A DNA stretch of 38,134 nucleotides from Promethearchaeia archaeon (GCA_029856105.1 JAHQWH010000085.1:1-38134); one strand, 5' to 3'; shown: positions 26,637 through 37,232, counted from the first letter of the stretch. The notes: generated from the sequence alone by a model not told the origin. Made by a program: numbers and translations.

Positions 26637-28298
26637 TTATATATAAAAAATAGTTGGATTGGCATATTCAACAAATTTCAATATTTTTACATTTAGACGA
26701 TTTGAAATAGGGTTTAATAACCTTAAAATAAAAGAAAATATAGGTTCAAAAATTGGTAGGGTTTTTTTCATTAAATTGTTTAAAGAATTTGATAAAGGAA
26801 CAACTATAACAGATAAAAATTTTTGTTTTTTTCTTAGAGACTTTAAAAGAGAATCTATTAATCTCAAATATCGCGTGAATTTCATTTCCATTTTTTTAAG
26901 CTTTTTAGAAGTCGTTTCTCTAAATTTTCGTTTCCTAGAGTAATCATAACTCTCATAAAACCAATTTTGATAATACCTGAAAAACATCTTTATCCACTTA
27001 GTTATAATTGTCGGATCATTATTGACATAGGAAAGAAGGGATTTAAAAAAGGGAGTCATAAAATGGGTTAACGAACCTAAACCCCACCCATTATGAATAT
27101 ATTTTCTTAGTTTTTTTAAATCGTGCTCTTTTTGGGCAATTCGTAAATTATATCGATTTCTTCCAGAAATTGACCATTGAATTATTGGATGTTCTTTTAT
27201 TTTTCTATCATATTTTTCCAAAAATGATTTTGAAGTATCTTTGGCTTCAATTGCTTCAATTGCTACTTTAGCAGCTATTTCTGCAGAAAACCAAGCCGCA
27301 GGAACCCCGTCACATAATTCTGTACTTTCAAGTCCCGCAGCATCTCCTATTAATATCATTCCATCTGTATGATTAGGCATATTACGTAGTTTCTTATTCA
27401 GACCAACATATATTTCAAATCCATCCCACATTCTTGCTCTTAATTTAACACGAGGTTCTACTAGATTTTTCCACCAAGACAATTTTTGAGTAATGTTGCT
27501 ATGGTATTCTTTAAATAGTTCAACTAAATTTGGTACATGATTTTTATTTATTCTTAAACATTGATCCTGCATAAAATGAAGACTATTTCGATAAGGCCAA
27601 ACCATCAACCCGTTTCCATACCCAAGTGGTGGTGCTATCCTTTGCTCATCCCATCCCCAACACATCTTCACAGAATAACCAAAAACTTTATCAATATCTT
27701 CTTTTAACATGGCATAATCATAGATGTCAGCCAAAGATATTGTCTCAGGGCGGTATTTTTCTCTTATACCTGCCTTTATCGCTAGTAATCCTTTTGAACC
27801 TTCCGCGTCAATAACGATTTTACTTCGTATTCTATCTCCTTTATCTGTCGTGACACCCTTAATACAGTTATCCTCTTTTATAATATCTATTACAGTAGTG
27901 GATTTCTTCAATATAGCCCCCGTATCAACCGCTTTTCTAACTTCCCATTCGCAAAAAGGTTTACAATATGCATTATACCCAAAAGCAAATATAGGAGAGA
28001 AAGGTTTTGGAACTCGTAAAGAATCATCAATTTCAATATCTCCTTTTTCTATATCCTTTATGATATAATTGATGATCCCATCAGAAGGACGTTCAATTGG
28101 AGGATTACCATCTCTAATAAATTCTGGTCCTAACAAAAAACCATAAAATGGAATCGTTAGTCCAGAAATAACTTTATCTCCTACATTCCCAGACCTTTCG
28201 ATTATTAGCGTCTTCAATCCCGCTTCTGCACATATCCTCGCCGCAACTGGACCCCCAAATCCTGCACCAACGACGATAACATCAAAATCTTCGTCCAT
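26637..28298 (-). CDS. FAD-dependent oxidoreductase, FixC / geranylgeranyl reductase family
   Basis: DVIVVGAGFGG, IDAEG, LIGDAAG; paired with a ferredoxin. Confidence 0.88.
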   Translation of the reverse strand: MDEDFDVIVVGAGFGGPVAARICAEAGLKTLIIERSGNVGDKVISGLTIPFYGFLLGPEFIRDGNPPIERPSDGIINYIIKDIEKGDIEIDDSLRVPKPFSPIFAFGYNAYCKPFCEWEVRKAVDTGAILKKSTTVIDIIKEDNCIKGVTTDKGDRIRSKIVIDAEGSKGLLAIKAGIREKYRPETISLADIYDYAMLKEDIDKVFGYSVKMCWGWDEQRIAPPLGYGNGLMVWPYRNSLHFMQDQCLRINKNHVPNLVELFKEYHSNITQKLSWWKNLVEPRVKLRARMWDGFEIYVGLNKKLRNMPNHTDGMILIGDAAGLESTELCDGVPAAWFSAEIAAKVAIEAIEAKDTSKSFLEKYDRKIKEHPIIQWSISGRNRYNLRIAQKEHDLKKLRKYIHNGWGLGSLTHFMTPFFKSLLSYVNNDPTIITKWIKMFFRYYQNWFYESYDYSRKRKFRETTSKKLKKMEMKFTRYLRLIDSLLKSLRKKQKFLSVIVVPLSNSLNNLMKKTLPIFEPIFSFILRLLNPISNRLNVKILKFVEYANPTIFYI

Positions 28299-28461
28299 TT
28301 TATACCTCAGGTAAAATTACCAATCTTTAGTATATTAAAGGTTTAAAATTGTATATTTCAAATATTTAATAATAATAATCATTTTATATTTTAATTTTAC
28401 TCTAAATATCAGCGAGATAATTCTCGAGACTCATCTCTATTTAGATTAACTTTAATAGCAA

Positions 28462-28640
28462 TTATTGTAAAGAAATCATGTTTTTAATAGCTCTATTAAC
28501 CAAATAGAGCTGAACATTCCGAGCACCTCCTATTATTTCCTGAACTTTAGCAACTTCTAATGCTTTATCAATTCGCAAGTTATCTGTAAAAGCATTTCAG
28601 AAGAAATTTTATGAGCTAAGTGTGAAGCAAGGTATATTGC
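28462..28640 (-). pseudogene. Decayed 3' remnant of an acyl-CoA dehydrogenase-like gene
   Basis: AIYLASHLAHKISSEMLLQI then, in a shifted frame, ALEVAKVQEIIGGARNVQLYLVNRAI*, resembling the ACAD C-terminal AK...I.EG...IQ motif. Confidence 0.55.
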
Positions 28641-28678
28641 TTTTTTTTCTCAAGAAGAGATTTTGTTTCAGAGTTTTT

Positions 28679-29614
28679 TTATCCATTTAAAATTAAAATT
28701 AAAACCCAGATAAGACCAAAACTAATTATAATTGATAGGTTTACAATCATCGTCACAAATTTTTTATCGTAATCGTATTCTACAGAGAAAGGTATAACTG
28801 CAAGACCCACAGGCAAAAGCAAAGAAAGGCAAATAATAATCCTAAAAAGTGGGTCAAATAAGCTTGTTGGTAGAAAAAAGAATAACATTAACCCTACAAA
28901 TAATCCTAAAGCATATCTTAGCGTAAGAATTTTAACAATTGATATCCATTCGGCCTTTCCGAATTTAAAATTAAGAAATATTCCCAATAATAACAACGCT
29001 AAAGCTGAATTTGCTCTCGCAAAAACATCTATTAACTCAGAGAAAATAATTGGGATTGTAAATCCCGAAAAATTTATCGTAAGAGCGATGACATAGCTCA
29101 TTAAAGGAGCGGACTTGATTAAACGCTTTAATATGAATTTAAAATCGATTTTAACGCCTTCTTCGTGATTTTTTGGAGAATAGATCGATGCTAAAATATA
29201 ACACAGTACGAAAATCGTAAAAGCATTACCCGCGTCTATAAGTGCAATGTATCGCATTCCATCAGCACCCCAAATGCCTTCTACTAGCGGGAAAAAGAAA
29301 TGCGCGATGTTAAAGCCTACCATAGTCATAATCATCGCTCCTTTTAAACGATTCGGACGCTTTTTAAAGCTTAATATTCCAATTGCGGCCATTCCAAGGC
29401 CAAAAGCTAAATTAACTAAAGGGAGTAATATTAATGACAATTCAAATTGGATTGTACTGGTAAATTTAAGAATTACTGCTGGTAAAGTAATGTTAAAGAT
29501 GATTTTCGCAATAACATCCCCATTTTCTTCTTTTATTATTCCTAATCTTTTAATCAAATAACCAATAGCAACGATAAATATTGATATCAAAAAAACGACA
29601 TTTATGTCAGTCAT
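28679..29614 (-). CDS. AEC (auxin efflux carrier) family transporter
   Basis: IFNITLPAVI, GFN....FPLVEGIWG, two-repeat ~10 TM layout. Confidence 0.88.
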   Translation of the reverse strand: MTDINVVFLISIFIVAIGYLIKRLGIIKEENGDVIAKIIFNITLPAVILKFTSTIQFELSLILLPLVNLAFGLGMAAIGILSFKKRPNRLKGAMIMTMVGFNIAHFFFPLVEGIWGADGMRYIALIDAGNAFTIFVLCYILASIYSPKNHEEGVKIDFKFILKRLIKSAPLMSYVIALTINFSGFTIPIIFSELIDVFARANSALALLLLGIFLNFKFGKAEWISIVKILTLRYALGLFVGLMLFFFLPTSLFDPLFRIIICLSLLLPVGLAVIPFSVEYDYDKKFVTMIVNLSIIISFGLIWVLILILNG

Positions 29615-29726
29615 ATCAGCAGTAATTAATGTTTTTTTAGTAGATTATTAAAATATTTAAAATAATTAAATAATTATTTAATCCTAGAAAATGAAATAAT
29701 AAAGAATTCATTAAAAGTGAAGAAAA

Positions 29727-30641
29727 TTGAAACCTAATCTACTTTCAGATAAAAAAGTAATAATTACGGCAGCAATTACCGGTGGAATTCATGGTAAATG
29801 GGCTAATCCAGCTCTGCCATTAACTGCCGAAGAACAAGCGCAAGCTGCGCTAGAATGTTACGAAGCGGGGGCTTCCATTGTTCATATTCATGTTCGCGGC
29901 GATGATGGTCAAAATACTCCTGATTTAAAATATTACGGTAAAACAGTAAAGCAAATTGGAGAAAAATGTCCCGTAATAAGACAAATTGGAAATGGGATAG
30001 GCGCTAAAGTTGTAGAACATGCATTTACCACCAAATCTGGTAAAAAAAGAGTTACGACGGAAATTGTCCAACCCTCTTTAGAAGAACGATTAAACCTAAT
30101 AAATATTGAACCCGAACCTGAAATGCATACTATTAATGCTGGTTCTTTCGAATTTAGAACTCCCTATGGGGGCTCACTATTCGTAAATCCACAAGATTTC
30201 AATCGCAAATATATTAAAAGGTGCAACAAAAAAGGTTTTGGTATAGAAATCGAAGTATACGATTCCAGTCACATTACTAATGTTTTAGAGTTTGTCGAAA
30301 CCGGTTTATTAACACCCCCTCTACACTTTAGCTTAGTATTGGGGATTAAAGGAGGCGCTGAGGCTAATCCTGCTAATCTTTTACGCATGGTTGATCAAAT
30401 CCCAGAAGGATCAACATGGCAAGTAGTTACAGTTGGCAAATTCAATTTGCGTACGACTGTAATGGCTATGTGTATGGGCGGGAACATAAGAACTGGTTTG
30501 GAAGATACTATTTATTATGAAAAAGGAGAACTTGCTCAAGGTAATGCTCAACTAGTAAAAAGAATGGTTAGAATAGCTAAAGAAATCGGAAGAGAAGTCG
30601 CAACAGTTGAAGAAGCTAAAGAAATATTAGGAATAAAATAA
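29727..30641 (+). CDS. Beta-keto acid cleavage enzyme (BKACE/DUF849, 3-keto-5-aminohexanoate cleavage family)
   Basis: IITAAITG, EAGASIVHIHVR, GGNIRTGLED, NAQLV, GREVATVEEAKEILG. Confidence 0.93.
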   Translation: MKPNLLSDKKVIITAAITGGIHGKWANPALPLTAEEQAQAALECYEAGASIVHIHVRGDDGQNTPDLKYYGKTVKQIGEKCPVIRQIGNGIGAKVVEHAFTTKSGKKRVTTEIVQPSLEERLNLINIEPEPEMHTINAGSFEFRTPYGGSLFVNPQDFNRKYIKRCNKKGFGIEIEVYDSSHITNVLEFVETGLLTPPLHFSLVLGIKGGAEANPANLLRMVDQIPEGSTWQVVTVGKFNLRTTVMAMCMGGNIRTGLEDTIYYEKGELAQGNAQLVKRMVRIAKEIGREVATVEEAKEILGIK

Positions 30642-30755
30642 AAATCGTTGGATTTATTCAACGTGACTTATTTTTTGGACATTACCATAATCTCATACTA
30701 ACATTTATTAATTGACTTTAGATCACAATATATAGCACTTTTGAGAGTGAATTTG

Positions 30756-31205
30756 ATGAGTAGAAAAAAAATCACTTGGTTTGGATTTAACTTAACACAG
30801 AAACAATCTGTACAAATATTTGTTTTATCAATTGCAGGACTCATAATTTCATTATTTTTGTTAATGACGATAGTGCCCCCTTTAATAATGAACTTCATAT
30901 ATTACGAATCTTATTATGATCCTTATTATGAACCAGATGACTCCTATATTATTATGATGATTTTTAGCATGCTTCCTTATATAGCTGTAATTTGTGGGAT
31001 ATTTTTATTGAGTCTTTATTCCTTGATTCGATGCAGAAAAATTGCCAAACACTACTCTCCCTTGATTGATCCTGTGTTAGAACCGAAAACAAACTCCCGC
31101 TATACTGAAGTTACACCGAACCCTATTGCCCAATTTTGTCCTAACTGTGGAAAAGTAAAGAAAGGCCATGAAAAATTTTGTACTAATTGTGGGCACAATT
31201 TATAA
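30756..31205 (+). CDS. Two-TM membrane protein with C-terminal zinc ribbon
   Basis: Two hydrophobic helices and FCPNCG...FCTNCG; ATG 30756 preferred over TTG 30741. Confidence 0.8.
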   Translation: MSRKKITWFGFNLTQKQSVQIFVLSIAGLIISLFLLMTIVPPLIMNFIYYESYYDPYYEPDDSYIIMMIFSMLPYIAVICGIFLLSLYSLIRCRKIAKHYSPLIDPVLEPKTNSRYTEVTPNPIAQFCPNCGKVKKGHEKFCTNCGHNL

Positions 31206-32357
31206 TTTCAACGGATAAACTCCGTATTTCTTTGTGGCTTCAATCATCCACTTAATATTTTGATAAGTCATATCAGGATGGGAATTAGAAGGAGATAACA
31301 TATAACCTCCTCCATGGCCAAGTTTTCCAATTGCGTATTTCACAGCATCTTCAACTTCTTTCTGGGTTCCTTTTACTAGAACATGAGTTGTGTCAATATT
31401 ACCAAGAAGGCATAATTTATCACCAACCTTCTTTTTTACTAATTCTAAATCTACATAGGGTGGTTCCAGACAATGCAAACCATCAAAACCGGCTTCAAGA
31501 ACGAAATCAAGCAGTGAAGTGATATCACCGTCCGAATGGAATATGAATTTCCCTCCCCACTCGTGTACTGCTTCTGTTACTCGTTTCATATGAGGTAAAA
31601 CGTATTTATCGATGTATTTTGGATTAATTAGTGGACCACTTTTGAATGCAATATCTCCTCCTTCGATGAATATCTTCGCCCCGCAGTCAGCATAAACTTT
31701 AAAAACTCCTAATACAAATTCTGTAGTTTGATCAAACCTCTCTTGAATTAACTTCGGATTTTTACTTAAAGCTCTTGCAAATGGGCCCATTCCCATTCCT
31801 TGCCATACGGGAGGAAACACACTAGCGAAATCATCTTGAGCCATCATGCAAAAATCAGGGTTCACGAACTTTCTTTTATGTCTTTGAATTGTTTTGAAAA
31901 ACTTTTTGGCTCGCCTAAAGTGCTCTTTTAAGTCTGGTTTAGGAAAATTTTCCCAATCTTCTTGATTTTTAATCTGACCTCCAATATAATCAGGAAAGAT
32001 ATTTCCGTCGATATTAATGATTTTATATTTTCGACCAAATATATCCGTCATTTCTTCTTTGTTTTTAAACTCAAATGGAATATATCCAGCTCCGCATGTA
32101 TCGTAACCAATAGCAGCCGCAGTTTCTATTGCTCGTGAAAACACATTTGTTTCGATTTCCGTCATAATGTTATTAACCCTGTCAACCCAGTCGTCAGGGT
32201 ATTGTTGTTCAAGTTCATCGAAAACATCAAATGCGCTTCTAGGTGGTTTTCCCAGTTCTTCATCACATATATTTGCGTCAACAGCTAAAGCATGGATAGG
32301 GACGCGATCTACGGGTTCGTGATTTAACGCTGCCCATACTCTTTCTTTACTATTCAT
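31200..32357 (-). CDS. Uroporphyrinogen decarboxylase family (MtaA/CmuA-like) protein
   Basis: MNSKERVWAALNHEPVDRVP, HSDG, LLGNID, GGYMLSPSN. Confidence 0.9.
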   Translation of the reverse strand: MNSKERVWAALNHEPVDRVPIHALAVDANICDEELGKPPRSAFDVFDELEQQYPDDWVDRVNNIMTEIETNVFSRAIETAAAIGYDTCGAGYIPFEFKNKEEMTDIFGRKYKIINIDGNIFPDYIGGQIKNQEDWENFPKPDLKEHFRRAKKFFKTIQRHKRKFVNPDFCMMAQDDFASVFPPVWQGMGMGPFARALSKNPKLIQERFDQTTEFVLGVFKVYADCGAKIFIEGGDIAFKSGPLINPKYIDKYVLPHMKRVTEAVHEWGGKFIFHSDGDITSLLDFVLEAGFDGLHCLEPPYVDLELVKKKVGDKLCLLGNIDTTHVLVKGTQKEVEDAVKYAIGKLGHGGGYMLSPSNSHPDMTYQNIKWMIEATKKYGVYPLKL

Positions 32358-32437
32358 TATATAGATTGTTTGAAGTTAATTTTAAAATTAAATTAAATAT
32401 GAAAAAATAAAAAAAATATAAATATTTTACTTTAAGC

Positions 32438-33847
32438 TCAGATTTTTTTCAATTCTTCTCTTATGTGTTCAAGTTTTTCTCCATGTAAACTATAAGATTT
32501 CATGGATAGAAGTCCAATTATAAGTGCAATACTCGGAAATATAACCATTATGGCTTTTAGACCTAATATTACTAAAGCTGGGTCAGAAGGTAATGGATCA
32601 AATTGTTTGTCCCAACCTATATTACCAAACATAAGTCCAATAGTTAAAATGACTAAGATTATTGAGACCCGATGAATAAATGCGTTAATTCCATAAAAAC
32701 TTGCAGATCGCTTAACTCCAAATTTAACTGCGTCTTCGTCTATAACATCAGCGTGTAATATGTCTACGTAAAACAATGCCCCTGACAATGGAAATCCTTG
32801 AAGTGCTATAAGAAGAATAAAAGCGATTTGAAACGCTTCTCCAGTTATAAATAAGAATGGAAACAGCGTACAAATCCAAATTCCTAATGTTATCATGAAA
32901 GCTTTTCGCATTCCGTATTTAAAGCCAAGCTTTTTGTGAATTGGCAATACAAGTGCAGCAATGACAAAGGCCAACATTAGAGCTATCCCAACTATAAGCG
33001 AGCCGCCTCCCGCAAAAAGATCCCCTCCTATAACGAATTCAGCGTAAATGGGGATAATCATAGGTAAAATGCTAAAACAATACCAAACTGCGGTATTTGC
33101 TATAACAAATTTTACAAATGTTTTATTTGTCAATGTAATTTTCAACGATTGAAAAAATGATGGTCTTTTTTCGAAATCTTCCGCCCTTTCTACCTTCTCT
33201 TCAATCGCCTTCAAAAGAAACGGAATTGAGATTAATAACGTAAAAACTGCTATGACGATCGCCATCGTAAAGTATTCGCTTTTAATGAGGGGAATTTGTG
33301 TGTCGTTTTCTGGAACATAATCGGAAATAAATATCATTGGAATAAGTGAGCTTAAAATTAAGGCAACTACGGTTAGACCCTTTATAAATAGATTAGCAGA
33401 AGCTCTCTGCTTCTCATTTGGGAACATCTCTGGGAAAAGTGCGTTCACATTTACATCAAACATAGTGTAGAAGAACTCAAAGATAACAATCGTTGTTAAA
33501 AAGTAAATAAACTCTAGCATTTTATCGCTTGTATAGAAAGGCATGTAGAACATTAAAACAACCATAACACATAACGGAATTATCGAAATCAGTAGAAAAA
33601 ACTTTCTTTTTCCCCACTTTCCTCTGTGTTTAGTTCGTTCCGAGAGTGCTCCGAGCATAGGATCGTTAACTGCGTTCCAAATCCCCCAAATAACGTAGGT
33701 AATTATCATTAAATCCAAAGGTATTAAGACGACTGTAAAATAGAAGGTAAAAATCAAGAATTGAAAGATTTGGTAAGTAAGCTGGTCCGGAAATGCACTA
33801 AGCCCAAATAGGAATTTCTTTTTAAATGTTAATTTCTCTTCACTCAT
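32438..33847 (-). CDS. MFS transporter, glycoside-pentoside-hexuronide (MelB-like) family
   Basis: WNAVNDPMLGALSERT..RGKWGKR, ADVIDED, ~12 TM. Confidence 0.92.
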   Translation of the reverse strand: MSEEKLTFKKKFLFGLSAFPDQLTYQIFQFLIFTFYFTVVLIPLDLMIITYVIWGIWNAVNDPMLGALSERTKHRGKWGKRKFFLLISIIPLCVMVVLMFYMPFYTSDKMLEFIYFLTTIVIFEFFYTMFDVNVNALFPEMFPNEKQRASANLFIKGLTVVALILSSLIPMIFISDYVPENDTQIPLIKSEYFTMAIVIAVFTLLISIPFLLKAIEEKVERAEDFEKRPSFFQSLKITLTNKTFVKFVIANTAVWYCFSILPMIIPIYAEFVIGGDLFAGGGSLIVGIALMLAFVIAALVLPIHKKLGFKYGMRKAFMITLGIWICTLFPFLFITGEAFQIAFILLIALQGFPLSGALFYVDILHADVIDEDAVKFGVKRSASFYGINAFIHRVSIILVILTIGLMFGNIGWDKQFDPLPSDPALVILGLKAIMVIFPSIALIIGLLSMKSYSLHGEKLEHIREELKKI

Positions 33848-33860
33848 TTTTTTTATACCC

Positions 33861-33896
33861 TAAATTGTAATTAAATTGTAATTAAATTTGATTACA
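33861..33896. promoter_or_regulatory. Putative operator upstream of the MFS gene
   Basis: Tandem TAAATTGTAAT x2 overlapping the near-palindrome TGTAATTAAATTTGATTACA (33877-33896). Confidence 0.4.
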
Positions 33897-34092
33897 TTAT
33901 ATCTTATTTAAAATTATTCAATTATATCATATCTTACATCTAATTTTATTCGGAATTAATTTGGTTAAAATCTACAAACAATCGATACTAAATGCTCTTT
34001 TTATAAAAAATGAGACAAATATTTTAAAACATGGAATTCCCTTTATATTACATATATTAAAAAACTAATTTACGAAAAAGAGAAGAAAAGCT

Positions 34093-34890
34093 ATGAAAAT
34101 TATTGATATTGAAGGCGTTGGAGAAAAATACGCAAAAACACTAGGAAAAGCTACTATTGCAAACGTTGAAGACCTAATACCGTTAAAATGGGGCGAAATT
34201 AAAGAACTTGCTAATACTACTAGTATTTCCTTAAAATTACTCGAAAAATGGCAAGACCAAGCTGAATTGATGGTAATTAAAGGCGTTGGTCCAGAATATT
34301 CAGAATTATTAAATAAAATTGGTATTGATTCTTCGCGAGAACTTGCCTATCGAAATCCTCAGAATACATTAGATAAAATTATTGAGCTTGATAAGGAGCA
34401 ACCTGATGTCATTAGAAAAATACCTAAAGTTGAAGATGTTGAAGGTTGGATTAATGAGGCAAAAGATATGTATAATGTAAAGAAAACTAAGACAAGCCCT
34501 AAGGAAACTCCGATTATTGAGATCGAAGGAATCGGTAAAAAATATGGAACAAAAATGGAAACAGCAGGAGTTCTTGACGTTGAGAGCTTATTAGGATTAG
34601 ACAAAGATGGAATTAAAAAATTAGCCGAAAAGACAAAGATTTCAGAAAAATTAATAGATAAGTGGGCAGAACACGCTGATTTAATGAGAATTGGAGGCGT
34701 AGGCCCTGAATATGCAGAAGTGATTAATGAAATTGGAATTGATTCAGTTAAAGAATTTGCTCAACGTAACCCAAATAACACTCTAGAGCGTATAACCAAA
34801 CTAGATAAGGAAAAACCCGATATGTTTAGAAAACCTCCAACGTTAAAAATGGTTGAAGATTGGATAGAGGAAGCTAAAAAAATTAAATAA
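34093..34890 (+). CDS. Tandem DUF4332 (helix-hairpin-helix) protein
   Basis: Two internal repeats: IEG(V/I)G.KY...W...A(E/D)LM.I.GVGPEY...IGIDS...WI.EAK. Confidence 0.88.
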   Translation: MKIIDIEGVGEKYAKTLGKATIANVEDLIPLKWGEIKELANTTSISLKLLEKWQDQAELMVIKGVGPEYSELLNKIGIDSSRELAYRNPQNTLDKIIELDKEQPDVIRKIPKVEDVEGWINEAKDMYNVKKTKTSPKETPIIEIEGIGKKYGTKMETAGVLDVESLLGLDKDGIKKLAEKTKISEKLIDKWAEHADLMRIGGVGPEYAEVINEIGIDSVKEFAQRNPNNTLERITKLDKEKPDMFRKPPTLKMVEDWIEEAKKIK

Positions 34891-35073
34891 CTATTTCTAT
34901 AATTTATTTTTCTTTTTTGATAAATTAATAAAAATTCTCTTATTATCAACTAAGATTTTGGATTTCGCATATTTCAAATAAGACCAAAAGTATAAAAACT
35001 TAAAATTGATATTCTAATAATAAAAACTACAAACGATTTACTTGTAAAAGAATTAATCTTTAAAGTGAAATAA

Positions 35074-35904
35074 ATGGGAATTGATATAGTAAAATTAAGA
35101 GAAGATTTCAAGGGTCCTCATTATTTAGTTTCTACCTCTGATGGAAAAAAACTATTTTTAAGAGTATGGGAACCTGAAAACCCTTCTAAAATCGCTATTC
35201 TTATCTTACATGGGATAACAGCTTATAGTGGACCATATGAAACGCTTGGAGTACCGCTATCTAAGATTGGATATACAGTTTATGGATTAGACCTGCGAGG
35301 ACATGGATTATCGGATGGAATTAGAGGGGATTATCCCAGCAACGATAGACTCGTTAAAGATCTAGGGGAATCTATATTGTTTTTAAAAGAAAAGCATCCT
35401 ACATTAATACTATTAGGACACAGTTTAGGTGCATTAACAGCACTGATAGCATCTAATTTTTACTTGAGAGAAATCAGTGGCTTGATTCTATTAAGTGCGG
35501 CTAGAGAAGTTAGACCAGGCGTTTATAACAAGATGTCTATTTCTACTAAGTTAAAAATTCTTTTGAGTTCCATTATAAAACCCAGTAAACCAGTAATCTC
35601 TTATTATCGCAATGGGATGACAGGATTAAACGATCCCTTATATAATTTTAAATATACCCTTCGTTTTATGAAAATTTTAAATGCTAAAAAACTGAATATT
35701 CCAGATAAATTTGAAATTCCTATAGCTCTAGGAATAGGTGAACACGATGAAATCTTTACTATCGAATCTGGTCGTTCTTTCTTTGATGAAATCCCTAGTG
35801 AAAATAAAAGGTTTATTGTATTACCTGGTGCTAAACACGCAGAATTTCCTGAAGGTTCTTGGAAAGAGCTAATTAATTGGCTATCTTCAACATTTAAATT
35901 ATAA
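35074..35904 (+). CDS. Alpha/beta hydrolase (lysophospholipase / monoacylglycerol lipase-like)
   Basis: LHG, DLRGHGLS, GHSLG nucleophile, GEHD, AKH. Confidence 0.92.
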   Translation: MGIDIVKLREDFKGPHYLVSTSDGKKLFLRVWEPENPSKIAILILHGITAYSGPYETLGVPLSKIGYTVYGLDLRGHGLSDGIRGDYPSNDRLVKDLGESILFLKEKHPTLILLGHSLGALTALIASNFYLREISGLILLSAAREVRPGVYNKMSISTKLKILLSSIIKPSKPVISYYRNGMTGLNDPLYNFKYTLRFMKILNAKKLNIPDKFEIPIALGIGEHDEIFTIESGRSFFDEIPSENKRFIVLPGAKHAEFPEGSWKELINWLSSTFKL

Positions 35905-35951
35905 ATGATATAAAAAACCTTTAAAAAAAATATGAAAAAAAAAAGGTAATT

Positions 35952-36710
35952 TTAAGGAAATTTATTAACCAATTCCTCTATTTCGTTCAAATTAAAATGA
36001 TCCATTTTTTCTATTTCAATTATAATAGAATCCAGATATGATTTTGTCTTGTCTAACCTTTCCATTCGATTTTGCAGTCTATTGTACAATTTTTTAAATT
36101 TCGATCGATATCCTCTAAAAAGGTCTATGGCATCTTCTGTGTTTTCAATATTCTCTAAATTTTTTAATAAACGATTTTTAAAGCGTTCACTTTCAAATGG
36201 ATTACCATATTTTTCTGGAGGTGCGATATCAGTCATTCTTAAGAATTTATACGCCCATATCTCTTTAAGTTTCTCTAAGTTTTCTTTCCCTTTATCTGTA
36301 ATGGAATAAATTTTCTGAGAGCGCCCTTTAACAACGTCTTGAACTGTGGATAACGATTTATTCTCTTCTAATTCATTTAAACTTCTCATCATGCTTCCAC
36401 GAGGTAAATTATATTGCTCCTGTAATTGGTATCCAGTGATACCTTCAGTAATTTCAGATAATAACGTTAAGATCATTAAATGTTTGATCTCCTTAAATTC
36501 ATCTCTTGACATTGGCAAAGGTGGACCAAATGGATGAAAGTGAGGAGGTTTGGGATGTCTGTGTTTATTCCGTGGTGATCTGGGAATTGGAGGACCTCGA
36601 TACGAATTAACAAAATTAGGTGAGAATCTACGCATATCTCTGTTATGGAATGAGGCAAAATTGGGATAATCTTCACATCTTTCTGGATCTTTATCTCTAA
36701 ATTCTTTCAT
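35952..36710 (-). CDS. PadR-family transcriptional regulator with Pro/His/Arg-rich N-terminus
   Basis: ILTLL...TGYQL...LNELE...GRSQKIYSITDKG winged helix plus C-terminal coiled coil. Confidence 0.82.
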   Translation of the reverse strand: MKEFRDKDPERCEDYPNFASFHNRDMRRFSPNFVNSYRGPPIPRSPRNKHRHPKPPHFHPFGPPLPMSRDEFKEIKHLMILTLLSEITEGITGYQLQEQYNLPRGSMMRSLNELEENKSLSTVQDVVKGRSQKIYSITDKGKENLEKLKEIWAYKFLRMTDIAPPEKYGNPFESERFKNRLLKNLENIENTEDAIDLFRGYRSKFKKLYNRLQNRMERLDKTKSYLDSIIIEIEKMDHFNLNEIEELVNKFP

Positions 36711-36724
36711 AATTTTTCTCCATA

Positions 36725-36785
36725 TGATTATTGATCATATGATCATATATCAATCACCCTATTTAAATGTGATCATTGATCATAT
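36725..36785. promoter_or_regulatory. Putative autoregulatory operator of the PadR gene
   Basis: Perfect palindrome TGATCATATGATCA (36732-36745) and direct repeat TGAT(T/C)ATTGATCATAT at 36725 and 36770. Confidence 0.55.
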
Positions 36786-36884
36786 CATAAAGTAGTTCAT
36801 AAAAAATTAATAAAAAAAAAAATAACGGTTATTCTGGTCGGGAGGGTATAAACCGAACAATTTTCCCATCTTCTTTTAAAGATA

Positions 36885-37220
36885 TTGCTTGTTCAGGACA
36901 AAAATATGCGCAATATAGCGTGCGGTGATTGCAGAGAACAAACTGATTACACGGCGAATCCGCAAAAGTGGGGTGTATGTGTGGCAAGAGAGCATACATC
37001 CGGTTTTGAAGCCTTTTTTGGTAGGGGAAAAATGCAAATAATTCGCTCTCTTTGGCAGGGAAAATTAGAATTGAGCAAAGAAATGGCAGACGTGATATTC
37101 CAGTGTCTTACATGTAATGCCTGCTCAGAAGCGTGTGCATACGATATGGATAATGTTGCTCTTTATGAAGCTCTAAGAGCGGAATTAGTAGATAATAATT
37201 TATTTTTCGGATTTATATAG
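36885..37220 (+). pseudogene. Truncated Fe-S oxidoreductase (HdrD/GlpC-like N-terminal fragment)
   Basis: First cluster motif incomplete (NIACGDC), GRGK, intact CLTCNACSEAC; stops before any CCG domain. Confidence 0.65.
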
Positions 37221-37232
37221 TATCTTATCAGT

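Noticed and set aside
2012-36676. Short antisense or overlapping ORFs in the track (for example 8450-8809, 9698-10012, 13011-13331, 27724-28068, 29247-29561)
   Set aside because: They lie opposite or within well-supported genes and have shadow-ORF composition
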